A stretch of 64,000 nucleotides of DNA from Heterodontus francisci (lineage: Eukaryota), in NCBI RefSeq assembly GCF_036365525.1, contig NC_090374.1:15107168-15171167 (forward strand), written 5' to 3'. The notes under the pieces were generated by a model, which did not search any database, was not told the DNA's origin, and saw only the letters and a program-made list of their open reading frames with translations. A program made the position numbers and the translations under genes. Of the stretch, positions 23,810-36,152 are shown piece by piece. The first letter of the stretch is position 1, and each line of letters opens with the position of its first letter.

Positions 23810-26800
23810 TTTTTTTAGAACATTACAGCGCAGTACAGGCCCTTCGGCCCTCTATGTTGCGCTGACCTGTGAAACCATCTGACCTACACTATTCCATTTT
23901 CATCCATATGTCTATCCAATGACCACTTAAATGCCCTGAAAGTTGGCGAATCTACTACTGCTGCAGGCAGGGTGTTCCACACCCCTACTACTCTCATCTA
24001 CACTACCAAGAATCTTCCCATTAGCCCAGTACTCTGCATTCCTGTTACTCCTTCCAAAGTGAATCACCTCACACTTTTCCGCATTAAACTCCATTTGCCA
24101 TCTCTCAGCCCAGCTCTGCAGCCTATCTACGTCCCTCTGTACCCTACAACATCCTTCGGCACTATCCACAACTCCACCGACCTTAGTGTCATCCGCAAAT
24201 TTACTAACCCACCCTTCTACACCCTCTTCCAGGTCATTTATAAAAATGACAAACAGCAGTGGCCCCAAAACAGATCCTTGCGGTACACCACTAGTAACTA
24301 AACTCCAGGATGAACATTTGCCATCAACCACCACCCTCTGTCTTCTTTCAGCTAGCCAATTTCTGATCCAAAGCTCTAAATCACCTTCAACCCCATACTT
24401 CCGTATTTTCTGCAATAGCCTACCGTGGGGAACCTTATCAAACGCCTTACTGAAATCCATATACACCACATCCACTGCTTTACCCTCATCCACCTGTTTG
24501 GTCACCTTCTCGAAAAACTCAATAAGGTTTGTGAGGCACGACCTACCCGTCACAAAACCGTGCTGACTATCTCTAATGAACTTATTCTTTTCAAGATGAT
24601 TATAAATCCTGTCTCTTCTAACCTTTTCCAACATTTTACCCACAACCAAAGTAAGGCTCACAGGTCTATAATTACCAGGGCTGTCTCTACTCCCCTTCTT
24701 GAACAAGGGGACAACATTTGCTATCCTCCAGTCTTCCGGCACTATTCCTGTCGACAATGACGACATAAAGATCAAGGACAAAGGCTCTGCAATCTCCTCC
24801 CTAGCTTCCCAGAGAATCCTAGGATAAATCCCATCTGGCCCAGGGGACTTATCTATTTTCACACTTTCCAAAATTGATAACACCTCCTCCTTGTGAACCT
24901 CAATCCCATCTAGCCTAGTAGCCTGAATCTCAGTATTCTCCTCAACAACATTTTCTTTCTCTACTGTAAATACTGACGCAAAATATTCATTTAACACTTC
25001 CCCTACCTCCTCTGATTCCACACACAACTTCCCACTACTATCCTTGATTGGCCCTAATCTAACTCTAGTCATTCTTTTATTCCTGATATACCTATAGAAA
25101 GCCTTAGGGTTTTCCCTGATCCTATCCGCCAATGACTTCTCGTGTCCTCTCCTTGCTCTTCTTAGCTCTCCCTTTAGATCCTTCCTGGCTAGCTTGTAAC
25201 TCTCAAGCGCCCTAACTGAGCCTTCACGTCTCATCCAAACATAAGCCTTCTTCTTCCTCTTGACAAGCGCTTCAACTTTTTTAGTAAACCACAGCTCCCT
25301 CGCTCGACAACTTCCTCCCTACCTCACAGGTACATACTTATCAAGGACACGCAGTAGCTGCTCCTTGAATAAGCTCCACATTTCGATTGTTCCCATCCCC
25401 TGCAGTTTCCTTCCCCATCCTACGCATCCTAAATCTTGCCTAATCGCATCATAATTTCCTTTCCCCCAGCTATAAATTTTGCCCTGCGGTATATACCTGT
25501 CCCTGCCCATCACTAAGGTAAACCTAACCGAATTGTGATCACTATCACCAAAGTGCTCACCTACATCTAAATCTAACACCTGGCCGGGTTCATTTCCCAG
25601 TACCAAATCCAATGTGGCATCGCCCCTGGTTGGCCTGTCTACATACTGTGTCAGAAAACCCTCCTGCACACACTGGACAAAAACTGACCCAGCTAAAGTA
25701 CTCGAACTATAGTATTTCCAGTCGATATTTGGAAAGTTAAAGTCCCCCATAACAACTACCCTGTTACTCTCGCCCCTGTCGAGAATCATCTTCGCTATCC
25801 TTTCCTCTACATCTCTGGAACTATTTGGAGGTCTATAAAAGACTCCCAACAGGGTAACCTCACCTCTCCTGTTTCTAACCTCGGCCCATACTACCTCAGT
25901 AGACGAGTCCTTAAACATCCTTTCTGTCGCTGTAATACTCTCCTTGATTAACAATGCCACACCCCCCCCTCTTTTACCACCTTCTCTGTTCTTACTGAAA
26001 CATCTAAATCCCAGAACCTGCAACATCCATTCCTGCCCCTGCTCTACCCATGTCTCCGAAATGGCCACAACATCGAGATCCCAGGTACCAACCCATGCTG
26101 CAAGCTCACCCACCTTATTCCGGATGCTCCTGGCGTTGAAGTAGACACACTTTAAACCAGGTTCTTGCTTGCCAGTGCCCTCTTGCGTCCTTGTAACCAT
26201 ATCCCTGACCTCACTACTCTCAACATCCTGTACACTGGCCCTACAATTTAGGTTCCCATTCCCCTGCTGAATTAGTTTAAACTCCCCCGAAGAGTACTAG
26301 CAAATCTCCCCCCCAGGATATTGGTACCCCTCTGGTTCAGGTGAAGACCATCCTGTTTGTAGAGGTCCCACCTACCCCAGAAAGAGCCCCAATTATCCAG
26401 GAAACCAAAACCCTCCCTCCTGCACCATCCCTGCAGCCACGTGTTCAACTCCTCTCTCTCCCTATTCCTCGCTTCGCTATCACGTGGCACGGGCAACAAC
26501 CCAGAGATAACAACTCTGTTTGTTCTCGCTCTAAGCTTCCACCCTAGCTCCCTGAATTTCTGTCTTAAATCTCCATCTCTCTTCCTACCTATGTCATTGG
26601 TGCCTATGTGGACCACGACTTGGGGCTGCTCCCCCTCCCCCTTAAGGATCCCAAAAACACGATCCGAGACATCACGAACCCTGGCACCTGGGAGGCAACA
26701 TACCAACCGTGAGTCTCTCTCGTTCCCACAGAACCTCCTATCTGTTCCCCTAACTATGGAGTCCCCAATGACTAATGCTCTGCTCCTCTTCCCCTTTCCC

Positions 26801-27560
26801 TTCTGAGCAACAGGGACAGACTCTGTGCCAGATACCTGTACCCCATTGCTTACCCCTGGTAAGTCGTCCCCCGCAACAGTATCCAAAACGGTATACCTGT
26901 TGTTGAGGGAAACGGCCACAGGGGATCCCTGCACTGCCTGCTGGTTCCCTCTCCTTCCCCTGACGGTAACCCATCTACCTACTTCTTTTACCTGAGGTGT
27001 GACTACCTCCGCATAACTCCTCTCAATAACCTGCTCCGCCTCCCGAATGATCCGAAGTTCATCCAGCTCCAGCTCCAGTTCCCTAACGCGGTTCTCGAGG
27101 AGCTGGAGTTGGGTGCACTTCCCGCAGATGCAGTCAGCAGGGACACTCTTGGCGACCCTTACCTCCCACATTCTGCAGGAGGAACATACAACTGCCTTAA
27201 CTTCCATTCCCTCTATTCTAAATTCCCAACAAATCTACTGAAAAACCAAAAAAAAGAAAAAGTCAAAACTTGTTAGGTTAGCAATCCAACGGACAGAACT
27301 TCCTAAATAAAAAGCTTACCTTATCAACACACCAGAGTCCTTTTTTTATGGTTAGAGGAGGAGGGTGGGTGGGAGACACTACACGTGTAGTGTCTCGGGT
27401 ACAGCCACCACACAAATATATACTTTTTACTTACCCAGCAGTCCCCTGGTCCTCCGAAAACAAAAGGGAATTCACTTTTAAACTTACACTGAAATTGACT
27501 TCACAGCTGTAAGCCCGCTCCCGCACCTCCGTTACTATCAAAGCTGCAGTCACCGAAACT
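23810..27560 (-). mobile_element. near full-length young CR1 LINE (intact ORF1; ORF2 with one nonsense codon and a ~0.5-kb 3' deletion)
   Basis: ORF1 311 aa; APE 25319-26200; RT 23927-25234 (YMDFSKAFD, GVPQGSVLGP, FADD); TAG at 25319 where the 51.5-kb sibling has CAG; deletion at ~23995 relative to the 28441 copy. Confidence 0.95.
26272..27207 (-). CDS. CR1 ORF1p (Zn finger, leucine zipper, SGNH/GDSL esterase), intact
   Basis: CSSCRMWE..CGKC; LQLLENRVRELELEL; esterase blocks IGDS, PGA, HIGTND and DGLH. Confidence 0.9.
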   Translation of the reverse strand: MEVKAVVCSSCRMWEVRVAKSVPADCICGKCTQLQLLENRVRELELELDELRIIREAEQVIERSYAEVVTPQVKEVGRWVTVRGRRGNQQAVQGSPVAVSLNNRYTVLDTVAGDDLPGVSNGVQVSGTESVPVAQKGKGKRSRALVIGDSIVRGTDRRFCGNERDSRLVCCLPGARVRDVSDRVFGILKGEGEQPQVVVHIGTNDIGRKRDGDLRQKFRELGWKLRARTNRVVISGLLPVPRDSEARNREREELNTWLQGWCRREGFGFLDNWGSFWGRWDLYKQDGLHLNQRGTNILGGRFASTLRGSLN

Positions 27561-27819
27561 AGTTCTCTCTGTGACCGTGTGGGTTTCTGCCAGGTGCTCC
27601 GGTTTCCTCCCACAGCCAAAGACTTGGAGGTGATAGGTAAATTGGCCATTGTAAATTGCCCCTCGTGTAGTTAGGTGGTAGGGAATATGGGATTAATGTA
27701 GGATTAGTATAAATGGGTGGTTGATGGTCAGCACAGACTTGGTGGGCCGAAGGGCCTGTTTCAGTGCTGTGTCTCTAAGTAAGAAATAATGAAAAGAACA
27801 ACTTATTTCTTTTCCTGTC

Positions 27820-29655
27820 CTACATACTTTCAATTAACCTATCTGGCTTCTTTCTCTTTCTGTCTGAGTATCTTCTTCCATTTCCATGAGCTTGACTCTG
27901 CACTCTCAACATCTCAGATGGTATCAACCCTGAACTTTGACTTTGACTACCAACTCCACTTAATAGTGGGGACTGTGAAATTGATTGATTCGTCTTAATC
28001 AAAGTCCCTGACTCACTCTGTTCCACCGGCGGATTCTGTGAAACCGGCAAACTTTCAGTATTTTTGTTACTTGCACATTCTTTCTGACTGTCATTTAGGA
28101 CTGTTGGACTTTTAACTATAGAAAGTTTCCCATGCTCTCCCTTTGTCAGATTTCCTCTTTCAAGCAAATGATCTACATGACACTGTGGACTATCCCTGTG
28201 TGCTCTTGATGAATTTTCTCTAACAATCTCTCTCTGAACCTTGGTGGAATAGTGACTCTTAAATTCCATAGGAGGCAGCCTTGATCTACACTCAGTTCCT
28301 TTCTACATGTGAAATACTCCTGCAATTTCTCATCATCACACTCTTTAGACCAGCCATTCATGACATAATTGAGTACTTTAGTGAGCAACACATACTTGCG
28401 AGTTTGTTCAGAAATTTTTCTGGCAGATACCGGCATGTATATAGAACATAGAACATTACAGCGCAGTACAGGCCCTTCGGCCCTCGATGTTGCGCCGACC
28501 TGTGAAACCATCTGACCTAAACTTTTCATCCATATGTCTATCCAATGACCACTTAAATGCCCTTAAAGTTGGCAAGTCTACTACTGTTGCAGGCAGGGCA
28601 TTCCACACCCCTACTACTCTCTGAGTAAAGAAACTACCTCTGACATCTGTCCTATATCTATCACCCCTCAACTTAAAGCTATGTCCCCTCGTGTTTGCCA
28701 TCACCATCCGAGGAAAAAGACTCTCACTATCCACCCTATCTAATCCTCTGATTATCTTATATGACTCTATTAAGTCACCTCTCCTCCTCCTTCTCTCCAA
28801 CGAAAACAACCTCAAGTCCCTCAGCCTTTCCTCGTAAGACCTTCCCTCCATACCAGGCAACATCTGAGTAAATCTCCTCTGCACCCTTTCCAAAGCTTCC
28901 ACATCCTTCCTATAATGCAGTGACTAGAACTGCACGCAATACTCCAGGTGCGGCCGCACCAGAGTTTTGTACAGCTGCAGCATGACCTCGTGGCTCCGAA
29001 ACTCGATCCCCCTACTAATAAAAGCTAACACACCATATGCCTTCTTAACAGTCCTATTAACCTGGGTGGCAACTTTCAGGGATTTATGTAGCTGGACACC
29101 AAGATCTCTCTGCTCATCTACACTACCAAGAATCTTCCCATTAGCCCAGTACTCTGCATTCCTGTTACTCCTTCCAAAGTGAATCACCTCACACTTTTCC
29201 GCATTAAACTCCATTTGCCATCTCTCAGCCCAGCTCTGCAGCCTATCTATGTCCCTCTGTACCCTACAACATCCTTCGGCACTATCCACAACTCCACCGA
29301 CCTTCGTGTCATCCGCAAATTTACTAACCCACCCTTCTACACCCTCTTCCAGGTCATTTATAAAAATGACAAACAGCAGTGGCCCCAAAACAGATCCTTG
29401 CGGTACACCACTATGTAAATGTAAAGTAATTCACGGGTAACTAACTCATTTGCTAAAAATGAATCAGTCTTAGGGGAAATCTCGAAAGAACGTCCTCATT
29501 TGTATGATCTGCTGACTTACGAGATTTAACATTATACTGATGGGCCATCAAAATCAATGCCTATCTCTGAAGCCGTGCGACTGCTCGGGATGGTACTCAC
29601 TTCTTTTAACCACATATGATCGTAAGGGCTTGGTGGTCAGTTAACAAAGTGAAAT
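27820..29655 (-). mobile_element. Gypsy element C pol remnant (RNase H end, integrase linker, C-terminal tail)
   Basis: FTLLTDHQAL..ARLQR*ALILMAHQYNV..DHTNEDVLSRFP (29420-29655); ELSVDQGCLLWNLRVTIPPRFRERLLEKIHQEHTG; HVDHL..RRYSDRKRKKPDRL. Confidence 0.8.
28441..29412 (-). mobile_element. 5'-truncated young CR1 (same family as 23810 and 49506)
   Basis: FADD..LVRPHLEYCVQF..LFSLERRRRRGDLIE; (TTCTATG)n tail. Confidence 0.95.
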
Positions 29656-30169
29656 ACAGGTATTTATGGAACTTTGTAACACCATATATAGAACCATAGG
29701 AAAATTACGGCACAGAAGGAGGACATTCAGCCCATCGTGCCTGTGCTGGCTCTTTGAAAGAGCTACCCAATTATTTCCACTCCCCCCTAGCTCTTTCCCA
29801 ACAACCCTGAAAATTTATCCCCTTCAAGTATCTATCCAATTCCCCTTTGAAAGTTACTATTGAATCTGCTTCCAGCAACATCTAAGGCAGTGCATTCCAG
29901 ATCACAACAACTCACTGCAGTAAAAAAAAAAGGTTTCCTCATCTCCCCCTCTGGTTCTTTTATCAATTAGCTTAAATCGGAGTCCTCTGGTTACTGACCC
30001 TCCAGCCACTGGAAACATTTTCTCCATATTTTTACATGTATTTTGTTCTGTGAATTCTGTTCTTGGGTTTGAATCAAATAAAACAATTGAATAAAATTTG
30101 TTGATTCATTCAAAGTGAAGATTAGATAGCTTTCTTTTGGGATACGGTACATGAGTAATTTGAAAAAGG

Positions 30170-30515
30170 AAAGACTTGCATTTATATAGCACCTTTCGTG
30201 GTCTCAGGACATCTCGAAGGCTTTACAGCCAATTAACTATTTTTGAAGTGTAATCACTGTTGTAATGTAGGAAACGCAGCAGCCAATTTGTGCATAGCAA
30301 GCTCCCACAAACAGCAATGAGCTCATGACCAGATAATCTGTTTTTGTGATGTTGGTTGAGGGATAAATATTGGCCAGGACACCAGGGAGAACTCCCCTGC
30401 TCGTCTTCAAATAGTGCTATGGGATCTTTTATGTCCACCTGAGGGGGAAGATGGGGCCTCGGTTTAACATCTCATCCAAAAGACAGCATTTCTGACAGTG
30501 CAGCACTCTCTCAGC
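30170..30515 (-). mobile_element. Deu-domain SINE (SacSINE1/AmnSINE-like)
   Basis: - strand GGATGAGATGTTAAACCGAGG...AAAAGATCCCATAGCAC...GGTGTCCTGGCCAA resembles the Deu domain as recalled; L2-type tail; further copies at 48395-48675 and 60405-60700. Confidence 0.7.
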
Positions 30516-30687
30516 AAGTAATTAGGAAGGTAAATGAAATGTTGGCATTTATTATAAGTGGAATGAAGTATAAAAGTAGGGAAGTCTTGCTACAACTATA
30601 CTGAGACTGTATCTAGAGTACTGCGTACAGGTTTGGTCACCTTATTTAAAGAGGGACATACTTGCATTAGAAGCAGTTCAGAGAAGG

Positions 30688-31505
30688 GATGCTGTCGGAT
30701 GGTTCCCCGAGCAGACCGTCAAAGTCATTTGGCGGAATGCCTCATCACCAGAACTTTCAAACAAGCACCAAGACGTAGCTTGGCTGGTGGTGAGAAGGGC
30801 CCTCCCCGTCAGATCCTTCATGCACACCCGAAGTCTCGCCCCCTCCGCACAATGCCCCCGCGGTGGCTGTGGTGGGGAAGAGACGGTCGCCCACCTCCTC
30901 CTGGAATGTGTCTTCGCAAAGCAGGTGTGGAAAGAGATGCAGTGGTTTTTGTCGAGGTTCATCCCAAGCAGCTCTGTAACACAGGAGTCTGTGCTCTACG
31001 GGCTGTTCCCAGGGACGCACACCGAGACAAACATCAACTGCTGCTGGAGGACTATCAATTCGGTGAAAGACGCCCTTTGGTCTGCCCGAAACTTGCTGGT
31101 CTTCCAGCGCAAAGAGTTGTCCACCACCGAATGTTGCAGACTGGCACATTCCAAGGTCCAGGACTACATGCTGAGGGACGCACTAAAGCTTGGGGCAGCC
31201 GCAGCAAAGGCTCAATGGGGAAAGACCACAGTGTAAGGTCCCCCCACCAAGCTGAACTGAGGGGCTGGATCCATGGGAAACCCCTCGAACTGTATCGTTA
31301 ATATTTTCATTTGCTGTAAATGTAAAACGGTAATTGGCATGACAATTGTGAAATGGAAGGGTTGTGAAGAAACTCATGATAGTATAGAAGGAAACTGATC
31401 TCCCTTGCAATGTTTGTATTTTTTGGTGCTGTTTGAAACTGTTTGGCAATGTAATTTTTGCAGATTTTTATGAATAAAGTATATTTTGGAAATAAAAAAA
31501 AAAGA
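30688..31505 (+). mobile_element. 5'-truncated Tx1/L1-clade LINE with zf-RVT, polyA and 10-bp TSD
   Basis: RRALPV..CPRGGCGGEETVAHLLLEC..VW; AATAAA plus A-tail; TSD TCAGAGAAGG (30678-30687, 31506-31515); inserted in an old CR1. Confidence 0.88.
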
Positions 31506-31555
31506 TCAGAGAAGGTTCACTAGGGATGAAGGGGTTGTCTTATGAGGACAAGTTG

Positions 31556-31805
31556 TGTAATGAGTTCTTTACGTTGTCTGTTGCAACATGAATGAGAAGC
31601 GTGGAGTCCAGTTTGCTGAAAATCTCAAATAGGTTTATTAACAGCTAAACTATTATACACAGTACAGAGCAAACTATTTACAGAACCTTCATCTGGGTGT
31701 TCCAGAGTGACTATGGCTTGTAGTCACATGACTACATCCTGGTACTTAGCTCATTAGCATACTGAGATCTTAAAGAGACATCACTCTTAAGGTAATCAAT
31801 CAACA
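31556..31805 (-). mobile_element. putative solo LTR (250 bp)
   Basis: TG...CA termini; imperfect 5-bp TSD AGTTG/GGTTG; AATAAA on the - strand; interrupts a CR1 fragment. Confidence 0.55.
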
Positions 31806-32807
31806 GGTTGAACCTATATTCATTGGAGTTTAGAAGATTGAGAGGCAATCTTACTGAAATGTACAAGATTCTGCGAGGGCTTGATAGGGTAGATGCTGAG
31901 AGGATGTTTCCCTTCGTGGGGGGATTTATAACTAGGGGTTTCAAATTCAGGGGTCTCTGATTTAAGACAGAGATGAGGAGGAATTTCCTCTCTCAGAGGG
32001 TCATTAATCTTTGGAATTCTCTTTCCAGACAGCAGTGGAGGCTGGGCCACTGAATATATTCAAGGCCGAGTTAGACAGATTTTTGATTTACAAGGGAGTC
32101 AAGGGTTATGGGGACAGACAGGAAAGTGGAGTTAAGGCCGCAATCAGATCAGCCATGATTTTATTAAAGGATGGAGCCATCTCAAGAGGCCATGGCCTCC
32201 TCATGCTCCTATTTCTTATGCTCAATTAGAGCTTTTGCTCAAGTCTCTGGAGTGGGATTTGAATCCACAATTTTCCCGACTCAGAACCAAGAATGCTACC
32301 CACTGAGCCACCGCTCATACCAGAATCAGACCACCTGGTGAGTGCAGTGTGGTTTTAAGAGGAAATATGCCTTTGGACTTAAGATTTTCAGAGCTCCCCA
32401 CCACTGGGGGATTTCTTCACCTCATGTCTGCTTCTCTGTGATTAATCAATGACTCCATTATTGTTTTATAATGTGACTATCACTAAGGTAGAAGGCAAAC
32501 CAGACAGACCTTGGTCTTTTCTCGTCTGGTGATTCCTATGTTCTTGAAACTGGTATTTAAGAATAAGTAATAAGAGAGAAACAGGGTTAACATTTCAGAA
32601 AATCAGAACAGCTCACCCACATGTGGCTGAATTCTACTGAACCCCAAGTGCCAGGAAAGGAGACAGGGGGAGGGGTGGGGGGTGGGGGGTGGTGGTCAGT
32701 TAAAATAGTGGGGAGCCACGCTAGGACGGCTCCTCATTACTGTCCCGCCACCGGGAATGTTTCCCAGCCGTGAGCTGCAAAGCAGATCGGCTGCTTAGTC
32801 CACGGGG

Positions 32808-33835
32808 TAACATAGGAAATAGGAGCAGGAGTAGGCCATTCAGCCCATCGAGCCTGCTCCACCATTCAAACAGATCATGGATGATCATCTATCACTTTGC
32901 CATGCTATCCCCATATCCCTTTAGTATCATTAGCATCCAGATATCTATCAATTTCTGTCTTGAACACGCTCAATGATTGAGCCTACACAGCCCTCTGAAG
33001 TAGAAAATTCCACAGATTCATCACCCTCTGAGTGAAGAAATTCCTCCTCATCTCAGTCTTAAATGACTAGCCCCTTATTCTGAGACGATGTCCCCTAGTT
33101 ATACACTTACCAACTGAGGAAACATCCTCTGTACATCCACCCTGCCACACCCTGTAAGAATTTTGTAGGTTTCAATGAGATCACCTCCCATTCTTCGAAA
33201 CTCTAGAGAACACAGGCCCAGTTTCCTCAATCTCTCCTCATAAGAGAGTCCTGCTATCCCAAGGATTGGTTTGGTGAACCTCCATTGCACTCCCTCTGTG
33301 ACAAGTATATCTTCCTGAGGAGACCAAAACTGTACACAATATTCCAGGTACGGTTTCACCAAGGCTTTATACAATTGCAGTAAGACATCTTTACTCCTGT
33401 CCTCAAATCCGCTTACAATGAAGGCCAACGTACACCTTCCTACTTGCTTGCTGCACCTGCAGTGATTCATGAACAAGGACACCCAGGTCTGTTTGGACAT
33501 CAACACTTCCCAACCTCTCACCATTTAAGAAATACTCTGTCTTTCTGTTTTTTTCTACCAAGTGGATAACTTCACACTTATTCACATTATATTCCAACGG
33601 TCATGTTCTTGCCCATTCCCTTAGCCAGTCCAAATCCCCTTGAAGCCTCCTCTACACAAATTGCGTTCCCTTAAAGGAATGTATATTTGTTGTAGACCAC
33701 GTAATACTTCTTTAAATATCTGTCTACCGTCAAATCTTTTAGTGTATTTTCCCAATCCAACATAGCCAATTTGCCTCTTATACCTTTGTAGTTTCCTTTG
33801 TTCAGATTTAAGACCCTAGTTTCAGAATGAACAGC
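32808..33835 (-). mobile_element. degraded CR1 RT/3' fragment
   Basis: ORF 33099-33524 LYKALVKPYLEYCVQFWSP..GDLIETYKI. Confidence 0.85.
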
Positions 33836-34869
33836 CTTCCTGAATTAAAATTTTTACCTAGCTGTCTGAGGGCGCCTCCATGATGAGGCACCACACCACC
33901 CCCCCCCACCCCAACGAGGTCTCTGACCTTCCTCAGCAGCGTCCACCTCCCCACTGGGGCAGGAAGCCAATTTTCATAATTAAGGGCCCAATTAAGGGCC
34001 ATTTTACAGGGCTGCTGGCAACCTGCATCATGAGGAGGTCACCAACTCCATGGAGGGGCTTCCCTGTGGCAGCCTGGGGGAGTCATCAGAGCAGGAAGCT
34101 CCATCCCCAGAGAGGGGGCCGCGGGCAGGAAAGGCAGCCTCAACTATCCCCTGGTGGGAGGGGGTTCCCCTCTGATCGCCATGGCCTACCACCTTCAGCC
34201 TTCCTGAATTTAAATTTTTACTTACCTGTCTGATGGCGCCTCCATGTTGAGTTGCCCACCTCCCCCCCCAAACCTGAGGTCTCCGGCCTGCCTCAGGAGG
34301 GTCCACTGGGGCTGCTGAGGCTTCAGAGCTGCCGGCCCGCTGACTGGGCCAGGAGCATAAGGGGCCCGCCACCATCCTTAATTAGACAGCGGGCCCGAGG
34401 TGGCCAATTAGGAGGAAGGTGATGGCCAGAGGCGGCCAATTAGGAGTACAGTGGGCCCAAGGTGGCCAATTAGGAGGGTGATGGTCAGAGGCAGCCAATT
34501 AGGAGAACGGTGGGATCAAGGCGATGAATTAGAAGGATGGTGGGCCCGAGGCAGCCAATTAGGAGGATGGTGGGCCCAAGGTGGCCAATTAGGGCGGTGA
34601 TAGTCAGAGGCAGCCAATTAGGAGGATGGTGGGCCTGAGGCAACCAATTAGGAGGACAGTGGGCTCAAGGCGACTAATTAGGACGGTGATAGTCAGAGGC
34701 AGCCAATTAGGAGGATGGTGGGCCTGAGGCAACCAATTAGGAGGACAGTGGGCTCAAGGCGACTAATTAGGACGGTGATAGTCAGAGGCAGCCAATTAGG
34801 AGGACGGTGATAGTCAGAGGCAGCCAATTAGGAGGATGGTGGGCTGAAGGCGGCCAATTAGGAGGATGC

Positions 34870-35788
34870 TAGATGACACAAAACTGGGTGGGAGGGTAAG
34901 TTGTGAGGAGGATGCAGAAAGGCTTCAGGGTGATTTGGACAAGTTGAGTGAGTGGGCAAGTGCATGGCAGATGCAGTACAATGTGGATAAATGTGAGGTT
35001 ATCCACTTTGGTAGCAAAAACAGGAAGGCAGATTATTATCTGAACGGCTATAAATGGAGAGAAGGGAATAGGCAGCGGGACCTGGGTGTTCTCGTACACC
35101 AGTCGCTGAAGGCAAGCTTGCAGGTGCAACAGGTAGTAAAAACGGCAAATGGTATGTTGGCTTTCATAGCAAGAGGATTCGAGTACAGGAGCAGGGATGT
35201 CTTGCTGCAATTATACAGGGCCTTGGTGAGGCCACACCTGGAATATTGTGTGCAGTTTTGGTCTCCTTATCTGAGGAAGGATGTTCTTGCTATAGAGGGA
35301 GTGCAGCGAAGGTTTACCAGACTGATTGCTGGGATGGCGGGACTGACGTATGAGGAGAGATTGAGTCGGTGAGGATTATATTCGCTAGAGTTCAGAAGGG
35401 TGAGGGGGGAATCTCATAGAAACTTGTAAAATTCTAACAGGACTTGACAGGGTAGATGCAGGAAGGATGTTCCCAAGGTGGGGGAGTCCAGAATCAGGGA
35501 TCATAGTCTAAGGATTTGGGGTAAACCTTTCAGGACTGAGATGAGGAGAAATTTCTTCACCCAGAGAGTGGTGAATCTGTGGAATTCACTACCACAGAAA
35601 GCAGGTGAGGCCAAAACATTGTATGTTTTCAAGAAGGAGTTAGATATAGCTCGTGGGTCTAAAGGGATCAAAGAATATGGGGCAAAAGCAGGAACAGGTG
35701 ACTGAGTTGGATGATCAGCCATGATCATATTGAATGGCGGGGCAGGCCTGAAGGGCCGAATGGCCTACTCCTGCTCCTATTTTCTATG
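34870..35788 (+). mobile_element. 5'-truncated CR1
   Basis: DDTKLGG..LVRPHLEYCVQFWSP; FFTQRVVNLWNSLP; CR1 3' tail. Confidence 0.92.
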
Positions 35789-35872
35789 TTGGGCCTAGTT
35801 GGCCAATTAGGAGGAACGGTGGGCCTGGGGCGGCCAATTAGGAGGAACAGTGGGCCTGGGGCGGCCAACAAG

Positions 35873-36152
35873 CAGGACAAGGGCAGCAAATGCATGGGAA
35901 CACCACCACCTGCAAGTTCCCCTCCATGTCACACACCATCCTGACTTGGAACTATATCGCTGTTCCTTCACTGTCGCTGGGTCAAAATCCTGGAACTCCC
36001 TTCCTAACAGCACTGTGGGTGTACCTACCCCACATGGACTGCAGCGGTTCAAGAAGACAGCTCACCACCACCTTCTCAAGGGCAATTAGGAGTGAGCCAT
36101 AAATACTGGCCTGGCCAGCGACGCCCACATCCCATGAATGAATTAAAACAAA
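35873..36152 (+). mobile_element. 3' tail fragment of LINE family X
   Basis: FTVAGSKSWNSLP..HHHLLKGN* followed by GCCAGCGACGCCCACATCCCATGAATGAA. Confidence 0.85.

Larger units (their letters stand above)
23722..27785 (+). mobile_element. V-SINE split by a CR1 insertion (halves 23722-23808 and ~27561-27785)
   Basis: ...GGAGTTTGCAAGTT and AGTTCTCTCTGTGACCG... rejoin into the V-SINE seen at 1370 and 39863; AGTT is duplicated. Confidence 0.85.

Noticed and set aside
23972-24760. + strand ORFs antisense to the CR1 RT (also 50318-50949)
   Set aside because: They are shadow ORFs of the RT frame, repeated identically in each CR1 copy.
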